Below are positions 26,204-32,000 of a stretch of 32,000 nucleotides of DNA, piece after piece (within the stretch, counting starts at the first letter, position 1; each line of letters begins with the position of its first letter). The notes under the pieces are model-generated. The model saw nothing but the letters and a program-made list of their open reading frames with translations, was not told the origin of the DNA and ran no database searches. Source of the stretch: Thermofilum adornatum (lineage in GTDB: Archaea > Thermoproteota > Thermoprotei > Thermofilales > Thermofilaceae); assembly GCF_000446015.1 (NCBI RefSeq), contig NC_022093.1:480001-512000 (forward strand), read 5' to 3'. The position numbers and the translations under genes were made by a program.

Positions 26204-26668
26204 GTGATTCATACGAGCCTGACAGAAAAACAAATCGAACTGATAAAGCATCTCTTCAAGAAAAGCAAGCCAATGAGAGTATTCACAGTCACTGACACAC
26301 AGTTAAAAATCTCACAGGACATTGGAATATCCCGCCAAGCGCTAAATATACATTTAAGGAAACTGAAGGAGCTAGGCTACATACGAACAGGAAGAGGATT
26401 CATAGACCTAACAGAAAACGTGTTGCCAATCATAGGCAAACAGAGGGGAGACGCTTTCATCTTTGTAAAGCTCGATCCACCCAAAAGGCTACCAGCATAC
26501 GAGGCCATCAAAGAACTACCAGTCGACAAAATCTACAGAGTAACAGGCGACATAGACGTCATTTTACAAGTGTCACAGCCTATGCTGGACGAAGTTCTAG
26601 ACAAAATCAATACGATCGACGGCGTAAGAGAAACAAAAACCTACGTGGTTATCGAGACATTAAAGTAG
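26204..26668 (+). CDS. Lrp/AsnC-family transcriptional regulator
   Basis: Helix-turn-helix ISQDIGISRQALNIHLRKLKELGYI, plus a C-terminal ligand/oligomerisation domain (YRVTGDIDVILQV...VRETKTYVVIE). Confidence 0.75.
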   Translation: MIHTSLTEKQIELIKHLFKKSKPMRVFTVTDTQLKISQDIGISRQALNIHLRKLKELGYIRTGRGFIDLTENVLPIIGKQRGDAFIFVKLDPPKRLPAYEAIKELPVDKIYRVTGDIDVILQVSQPMLDEVLDKINTIDGVRETKTYVVIETLK

Positions 26669-26683
26669 CTCCTCAAATTTGCT

Positions 26684-27454
26684 TCAAGAAAACAGGATTT
26701 CATTTATCTCTTCAACCAGTCTCATTTCTCTTTCATTTTTGTATTCCCTAAGCAGAAACCTGATTTTCTGGATCTTGCTGGAGTCTAGCATTAGATTCTT
26801 CGAGAGCTTTTCTGGTAAATGGGACCACTCGCCTAGAAAATATCCCATGAATTGCGCAAGGTTTGATCTCCTAGAAGAAACAGAGGCAGATTCAAAATCT
26901 ATAATGTAGGGCTCCCTCTTCCACGGATCTATAATTACATGGTTAAATGGTCTCGACAGTTCGTTATGAGCTATGCCAATAGTGTCTAAGAGGTAAAGCT
27001 TATAGAGAATCTTATGGAATGTCTCTTGTAATTCTTCTCGGGAATTTATACCTTGCAACCAGTCGGCAAAGTCAAGCCCCTCTATAAATCTCCATACCAA
27101 GAAGTTTCTGGATGACGCTAACAATTCAGGCCCAATGTTTGTTCCCTTGATTTTTTCTAGAATCTTGGCCTCGTGCAGAAGTGAGAACCGATTAGCATCT
27201 GTTCTCCTAATTTTTACGGCCACAGGTTCGCCCCTAAGAAAGCCTTTAACAACGAGAGCCGTTGTCCCTTTCCCAACTATTCTTTTTCCATAGACTTCAC
27301 TTCCCCCTCCGAGGCAAAGGGTTCGTATTCCCAGCAAGCCTAGCTCTACGCATCGTCTTATAGCACATGTAAGTTCTCTGGAAGGGTAGCACAGGACAGT
27401 GCTGAGCTCGTTTATTGTATACACATTGTCCAGTTCTCGACACCGGTAACCCAT
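26684..27454 (-). CDS. Atypical RIO/Bud32-like protein kinase-fold protein with N-terminal winged-helix-like segment
   Basis: Gly-rich loop VGKGTTALVV, VAVKIRR (beta3 Lys), HEAKIL (helix C Glu), catalytic-loop-like IAHNELSRPFNHVII, and metal-binding-loop-like IIDFESA. Overlaps the cca 3' end by 43 nt. Confidence 0.55.
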   Translation of the reverse strand: MGYRCRELDNVYTINELSTVLCYPSRELTCAIRRCVELGLLGIRTLCLGGGSEVYGKRIVGKGTTALVVKGFLRGEPVAVKIRRTDANRFSLLHEAKILEKIKGTNIGPELLASSRNFLVWRFIEGLDFADWLQGINSREELQETFHKILYKLYLLDTIGIAHNELSRPFNHVIIDPWKREPYIIDFESASVSSRRSNLAQFMGYFLGEWSHLPEKLSKNLMLDSSKIQKIRFLLREYKNEREMRLVEEINEILFS

Positions 27455-28782
27455 CGGTAAACCTCGACATAGTATTCCTGCGGAAGATACGAAACAATGT
27501 CTCTCAGTTTATTTATCTCCCATGAGAATCCAGGGTAGCTCTTTAGAGCTTTTAGCAAATAGTCTCGAGGGTCAAGTGGTATTCTCTTCCTCAATACTGC
27601 TACTCTTCCTTCGATTATTATTGGAGCGATATGTCTTGAAGCCCATTTTTTGACGAATTCGACACTGTTCGGGTGCCAGACGGGTGGACCCATGTGCAGA
27701 TAAATAGGAGACTGCACCATGTTTTCAAAAAAGAACAATATTGCCGGAGACCCATTTATCTTTGTTACATGTGTTCTAAGGACTCTAAAGCCGTAGCTTT
27801 CCATTGCACTTGAGGATTTTCTAGCTATCCTTTGAAGCTTTGCAAGCAGTGCGTCTTCAGGAAGCTTTGGATACTTTGTCGCCATAGCTACAAGGACGTC
27901 ATGGGAGTTAAGAACCGAGACGAGCTCCTCGAATGTAACTCTAAGGTTTGGGGGGTCCAGCAGGCAACACATAATGTCTTTGTTTTCTGAGAATAATTTT
28001 CCTATCAGAATAAGTTTTGATAATGCTTCTTGGCTAACCGAGGCCGCCGCATTGCGCTTATGGTCGACGGGGTCGATTACAACTATTGGCTGGCCCTGGA
28101 AGAGTTTTCTGGCCTCGGGAGATGGAGGAATGAAGATTTTTCCCGGCCTCCAATTCGCCGCTGCTAAGAGGAGATTCTCTAGACCGCCAAAATATGTGAC
28201 AAGAATTTCAGCGAGATACCCCGAGAACCCGTGTACGCTTTGCTCGGCACCGTAGATGTCTAGATTCATCAAGAGCTTCTTGAAGAGCCTGATTTCGGCC
28301 TTGAGGTGCGGTTTTTCTGACAAAACCCTCTCTAGGTACTCTGTGTGTAGCTGGGTTCTATCGACAGGTGTTGTGACTTCTTGAGAGGAGGAAACCCTAT
28401 AGGCTGGGACCAGTTCTACCTCTTGTCCATCTGGTAGTACAAGTGTATAGTAGGGATGCGATGCGTAGCGTTCCTCTACGTACGCGTTCAGATCTCCGGC
28501 AACGCTGTGGGCAACCTTCTTTACTAGCTGGCTCATTTCCTCGAGGGCGTATCTTTTGGGAAAGAGGACGAAGAGGTCTAGGTCTGCCTTGCCTCTAAGC
28601 CATGTATCGTGCCGATAAGAACCATGATACTCGGCCTTTACTGTTTCATCTCCAATTATTTCTCCAATACTTTGCTGTACAAGTACCCTTACTTTGTCTG
28701 CCAATTGACTTATCTTTTTCCTTTCCTCTGGGGAGGGCTCTATCTGTTTAACAACTTTTTCTAGACATTCAGGATAGCTCAT
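27412..28782 (-). CDS. cca: CCA-adding enzyme (archaeal class I tRNA nucleotidyltransferase)
   Basis: Catalytic motif YHGSYRHDTWLRGKADLDLFVLFP (G-S-x-x-x-x-T-W-L-x-G-x-x-D-x-D). Size and downstream body/tail-domain sequence are typical of archaeal CCA enzymes. Confidence 0.9.
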   Translation of the reverse strand: MSYPECLEKVVKQIEPSPEERKKISQLADKVRVLVQQSIGEIIGDETVKAEYHGSYRHDTWLRGKADLDLFVLFPKRYALEEMSQLVKKVAHSVAGDLNAYVEERYASHPYYTLVLPDGQEVELVPAYRVSSSQEVTTPVDRTQLHTEYLERVLSEKPHLKAEIRLFKKLLMNLDIYGAEQSVHGFSGYLAEILVTYFGGLENLLLAAANWRPGKIFIPPSPEARKLFQGQPIVVIDPVDHKRNAAASVSQEALSKLILIGKLFSENKDIMCCLLDPPNLRVTFEELVSVLNSHDVLVAMATKYPKLPEDALLAKLQRIARKSSSAMESYGFRVLRTHVTKINGSPAILFFFENMVQSPIYLHMGPPVWHPNSVEFVKKWASRHIAPIIIEGRVAVLRKRIPLDPRDYLLKALKSYPGFSWEINKLRDIVSYLPQEYYVEVYRWVTGVENWTMCIQ

Positions 28783-29332
28783 ACCTCATTAGCTCCTTGT
28801 AAATTGGACCCCTAGGCGTCAAGATACTCTGATATAGCGCAAAATACTTTATTTCTTGGGTCCCGAATAATAAATCTTTAGAGGAGTCAATTATTTTCCT
28901 AGCCTCAGCGTTGAGAGGTCCCTTGAGTCTAGCAATGGTAAGATGTGGGTGAAAATCCTCGTCTGGTTCTGGGAGCTTTATGGATGCAAGTTTTCCTCTA
29001 ACTTGATTCGCCAGTGATACTAGATCTTCTGCTCCTTCCTCTACTCCTATCCAGAGAACCCTTGGCCTCGACATTGCCGGAAAAGCGCCTACGCCTTTCA
29101 GGGAAATCCTAAACGGGTGAAACTTGACTTCTGAAAGCCTATTTTTCACTGTTTCTAATGTTGTCAATGGTATTTCGCCTAGAAATCTTAAGGTGAGATG
29201 AAAGTTTTCTGTTTCCACAAATTTGGCGTGGAGGCCTGATTTTTGTAGATCCTGTTGGAGAATGCCTATGCGTGCCACGGTTTCTGGGGCCTCAATTTTC
29301 ACCGCGATAAAGCTACGGATGAGCTCAGTCAT
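28769..29332 (-). CDS. thpR: RNA 2',3'-cyclic phosphodiesterase (2H family, ThpR/LigT)
   Basis: Two H-x-T-x motifs, FHLTLRFLGE and HPHLTIARL. I prefer the ATG at 29332 (MTELIRSFIAV), which overlaps the upstream stop by 8 nt. Confidence 0.85.
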   Translation of the reverse strand: MTELIRSFIAVKIEAPETVARIGILQQDLQKSGLHAKFVETENFHLTLRFLGEIPLTTLETVKNRLSEVKFHPFRISLKGVGAFPAMSRPRVLWIGVEEGAEDLVSLANQVRGKLASIKLPEPDEDFHPHLTIARLKGPLNAEARKIIDSSKDLLFGTQEIKYFALYQSILTPRGPIYKELMRYELS

Positions 29333-29738
29333 CTTTCTCAAGCCACTCTTGGAGTTTTGGGCACGAATATATTTCTCTTTCTCCAGATGCACATTTTTGC
29401 AGGTATGGACAGTAGAAACATGGTATATTGTCCAAGAAATCTGGAAGCCTTATCTCCTCGTGTTTTCTCGCTAACCTGAGAATATAGGTTTTCCGCCCCT
29501 TATACGTCACTTGTTCTTTTACTAGGAGGCCCTGTGCTTCTAGCTTTCTAAGAATCTTTAAACCCTTTCTACTGTCTAGGTCGAGTTTTTTCCATATTTC
29601 TCTTTGAAGTATCCCGTTGTCTCCGGCTTCCCTCAGTATCTCGAGTATACGTCGCTCTAGAGCTTGAAATTGAACCGAGCTTTCTTCTAGCTCTTCAATG
29701 TCTTTTTCCTCGGTGAAGGCTCTTGTAGTTGGTGCCAC
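29325..29738 (-). CDS. tfeB: TFE-beta / RPC34-like protein: winged helix plus C-terminal four-Cys (putative Fe-S) domain
   Basis: Winged helix ILEILREAGDNGILQREIWKKLDLDSRKGLKILRKLEAQGLLVKEQVTYKGRKTYIL. C-terminal IPCFYCPYLQKCASGEREIYSCPKLQEWL (C-x2-C-x5-C-x9-C then W-L). Both follow the RPC34/TFE-beta pattern as I recall it. Confidence 0.55.
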   Translation of the reverse strand: MAPTTRAFTEEKDIEELEESSVQFQALERRILEILREAGDNGILQREIWKKLDLDSRKGLKILRKLEAQGLLVKEQVTYKGRKTYILRLARKHEEIRLPDFLDNIPCFYCPYLQKCASGEREIYSCPKLQEWLEKDD

Positions 29739-29803
29739 ACTATCCCCCTACTTTATTTTGATAAGAACAATAATATATTGTCTTCGATTGGCGCGCTAAA
29801 AGC

Positions 29804-29815
29804 TAATTTATTTAT
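29804..29815 (+). promoter_or_regulatory. TATA-like box for the GPN-loop GTPase gene
   Basis: TAATTTATTTAT centred about 38 nt upstream of the ATG at 29848. Confidence 0.3.
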
Positions 29816-29847
29816 GAAAAAATGATTATTCTCCTAGGGTAGAAAGC

Positions 29848-30633
29848 ATGCAACACTTGCTGGTATTCATAATTGGTCCAGCTGGTTCTGGAAAGAGCAC
29901 TTTCACATCAAGCTTTAAAGACTGGCTTTTGTCCCAGAACGTTCCTGTATCCACCATAAATATGGATCCGGCCGTAGAATCGCTCGAATATGACCCAGAC
30001 ATAGATATTAGGGAATTTGTATTTGTGCGTGATGTATTGGAAAAATATGATCTTGGCCCGAATGGTGCAATTATAGCTTCACTTGATCTCGCAGTTGAGT
30101 ATCTAGATAAAGTCACGGACCAGGTCAACGAGCTACCGGAGGGATATGTCCTAGTCGACACACCGGGGCAAATGGAGATATTCGCTTATAGGCAGAGCGG
30201 AAGGTACATTATTAAGGAGCTTTGTCCTTTGGATAGGAAGTGCTCAGCAGTATTTTTGATTGATGCAACAATTTGCATGGAGCCCTACGACTTCTTGTCG
30301 CAGATCTTTCTCTCGTCTTCGGTTTACTACCGTTTCAGGGTTCCCCTTTTAGCCCTCATTAACAAAATCGACCTCCTGGATCAGAAAGAAAGAGAAAAAA
30401 TAGCGAAATGGGTCTCCGAGAAAGATGCATTAGAAAATGCCCTGGAAGGCATAGAGTCAGTTGACAAGGATTTCACGAGAAAAATTGCAAGGATGCTGTC
30501 TGAATATATGGAAATCGTACCGTTCATACCTGTCTCTTCAAAGCTAAGTGAAAATTTTGAAGAAGTCTATTATTACCTCCATCAAATATATCGTGGCGGC
30601 GAGGACTTCGAAAAAGAAGAGCTTGAAGAGTAA
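29848..30633 (+). CDS. GPN-loop GTPase (Npa3/XAB1/PAB0955 family)
   Basis: P-loop IIGPAGSGKST, GPN motif YDLGPNGAI, switch II VDTPGQMEIF, and NKIDLL (N-K-x-D). Confidence 0.9.
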   Translation: MQHLLVFIIGPAGSGKSTFTSSFKDWLLSQNVPVSTINMDPAVESLEYDPDIDIREFVFVRDVLEKYDLGPNGAIIASLDLAVEYLDKVTDQVNELPEGYVLVDTPGQMEIFAYRQSGRYIIKELCPLDRKCSAVFLIDATICMEPYDFLSQIFLSSSVYYRFRVPLLALINKIDLLDQKEREKIAKWVSEKDALENALEGIESVDKDFTRKIARMLSEYMEIVPFIPVSSKLSENFEEVYYYLHQIYRGGEDFEKEELEE

Positions 30634-30643
30634 AAAACTACAT

Positions 30644-31336
30644 TTAGAAGAACTCCTTAACTTTTTCAATACTCGGAGACTGTGTAATGTACCTTCCCAC
30701 TACATATATGTCTGGATCTAGGACAGACACTTGTTTCATGGTTTGGGGCGTTAATCCGCCTGCAATCGCGATTTGAACATCCGGGTAGGTCTCTCTAACA
30801 GTCTTCACTATGCTTACCAGCTCCTGGAAAAAGTTTATGTTTGCTGTTTCCTCGTCGATCCCTCTGTGTAGGTAAAGAATAAGGTTATTTTCTGGGAAAT
30901 TAGTCTCCTTTGCTACCTTTAGAGTTTTTTCTATTTCTCTTCTAAGCTCTTGTAGAGGCACACCGATAAAGTCTACTCCTGCTTGTTTGCCGTATTCGAG
31001 GCTAGTTTTAAGAAAAGACTTTACAGTTGCAAGCGGGGCACGTGCAAGGACAGATGCTATGTCTGCCCCGTTCCTGTATGCTAGAGAGGCCTCGAGCTCT
31101 CCAACGTCCGCTGTTTTTAGGTCTGCGAGGACTGGTAAGTTGCCAGAGGCTAGCTTAAGTTTCGGGAGAAACCTGAGCCCAAGCATTTTTATGAGGGGGG
31201 TACCAGCCTCTATAATTATTCTTTCTCCAGGAATCAAGCCTTGCTTGCATGCCTGACTTACCAGTGAAGAAATTTGCAGGGCTGGTTCTTCGTCGACTAA
31301 GTCGATCGCTATCTGGAGCTTGTATTTTCTCGACAC
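30644..31336 (-). CDS. 3-hexulose-6-phosphate synthase-like protein (OMP decarboxylase superfamily)
   Basis: KLQIAIDL, IIEAGTPLIK, LADLKTADVG, IAIAGGL and VVGRYIT follow the HPS/KGPDC motif order. GTG start. Confidence 0.55.
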   Translation of the reverse strand: MSRKYKLQIAIDLVDEEPALQISSLVSQACKQGLIPGERIIIEAGTPLIKMLGLRFLPKLKLASGNLPVLADLKTADVGELEASLAYRNGADIASVLARAPLATVKSFLKTSLEYGKQAGVDFIGVPLQELRREIEKTLKVAKETNFPENNLILYLHRGIDEETANINFFQELVSIVKTVRETYPDVQIAIAGGLTPQTMKQVSVLDPDIYVVGRYITQSPSIEKVKEFF

Positions 31337-31392
31337 GAAATAAGCATGTCCCTATAGTTTTAAAGTTTTGGCTGGCTGTGCTGGGTAGCTGG

Positions 31393-32000
31393 CTACTGTT
31401 GCTTGAGATTTAGTAGGTTGAATTCTGCTAGGAGCTTGTACTCTTCGAGGGTTATTGGTTCGCCTTTCTGGTATTTCTCGAAGGCCTCTAGTGCCTTTCC
31501 TTGTAGCAGCCTCCTCCTCTCATCGATGTGTCTGGCAAGCTCTTTTGCCTTTAACAGGATGGATACTCTTTCGAGTTCTTCTCTAATGGCTCTCTCCTCG
31601 CTCAGCAAAGAGATGTAGAGCTGGTGGTGCTGGTTGGCTTCTTCCCTAATCCTGTCACGTTCCTGTCTGAGCGATATTATCTTTTTGACGAGTTCTTCTC
31701 TTTGCTGCTTCAAGTTCTGCATTGACTCCTTGAGTTTCAAGTACTCTGCCACCGTGTTTTTCAGCTCTTCATTTATCTGTTGTATTTCTTGTTTGAGGGC
31801 AGGGATCTTGTTTCTGATTTCGTCTATTTTTGATCTGAGCTCATTCAGATGCTTGACGTTGACATAGATTGACTCGAGGCTACGGATCTTGTTAATTACG
31901 ATTTTTTCGACTTCTGGCGGCAAAGTGGTTGTCTGGTACTGCCATTCTAGCTGTTCTATCCTGCTTCTAAGCTCGTCTTCATCTATTCTTTTTGCGCCAA
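31393..32000 (-). CDS. Coiled-coil protein; 5' end runs off the window
   Basis: The reading frame stays open to nt 32000; the track start at 31923 is an internal TTG. Continuous heptad-rich E/K/R/L sequence. No catalytic motif seen. Confidence 0.45.
   Translation of the reverse strand, partial: GAKRIDEDELRSRIEQLEWQYQTTTLPPEVEKIVINKIRSLESIYVNVKHLNELRSKIDEIRNKIPALKQEIQQINEELKNTVAEYLKLKESMQNLKQQREELVKKIISLRQERDRIREEANQHHQLYISLLSEERAIREELERVSILLKAKELARHIDERRRLLQGKALEAFEKYQKGEPITLEEYKLLAEFNLLNLKQQ

Noticed and set aside
26140-26222. Possible C/D-box sRNA starting at ATGATGA (26140..26146) in the methyltransferase/Lrp intergenic region
   Set aside because: The nearest downstream CTGA is 72 nt away and lies inside the Lrp coding sequence. 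There are no D' or C' boxes.
1-32000. CRISPR arrays, transposases or other known defence and mobile systems
   Set aside because: No regularly spaced direct repeats were seen in any intergenic region. The largest non-coding gaps are under 190 nt and are accounted for by promoters or tRNAs. No ORF shows nuclease, integrase or transposase motifs.

Overview
This 32 kb window looks like core chromosome from a thermophilic archaeon of the TACK/Thermoproteota type. The lineage call rests on the gene content: Rpo8, an RPC34/TFE-beta-like factor, GatDE, archaeal CCA enzyme, a histone-fold gene, and tRNA introns at non-canonical positions. GC is eyeballed at the mid-40s percent, not computed. Gene density is very high, with many stop/start overlaps. 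Contents left to right: (1) An A-type ATP synthase locus split into two converging units, atpI-atpK on + and atpA-B-D-C on -. (2) A roughly 5.5 kb cell-envelope block: transglutaminase-like exoprotein, P/Q-rich zinc-ribbon membrane protein, small helical protein, M48-type membrane metalloprotease and a large secreted Ig-like-repeat protein. (3) Two tRNA genes, Asn-GUU and Leu-UAA, each with a 20-nt intron at position 30/31. (4) A long run of information-processing genes: histone, S17e, Rpo8, Rpo4, DUF655, Pus10, L21e, ArcTGT, PAC2-type chaperone, S8e, SRP19, GatE/GatD, S30e, RNase III-like protein, Rpo11, aKMT-like methyltransferase, Lrp, atypical kinase, CCA enzyme, ThpR, TFE-beta-like protein, GPN-loop GTPase, HPS-like protein and a coiled-coil protein. 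I found no CRISPR array, transposase, integrase or obvious defence system. The most interesting items are the twin 30/31 tRNA introns, the tailed histone, the overlapping TFEbeta-like/thpR/cca/kinase operon, and the uncharacterised envelope cluster and small ORFs coupled to RNAP subunit genes. All family assignments come from motif recognition by eye and need HMM or structure-based confirmation.
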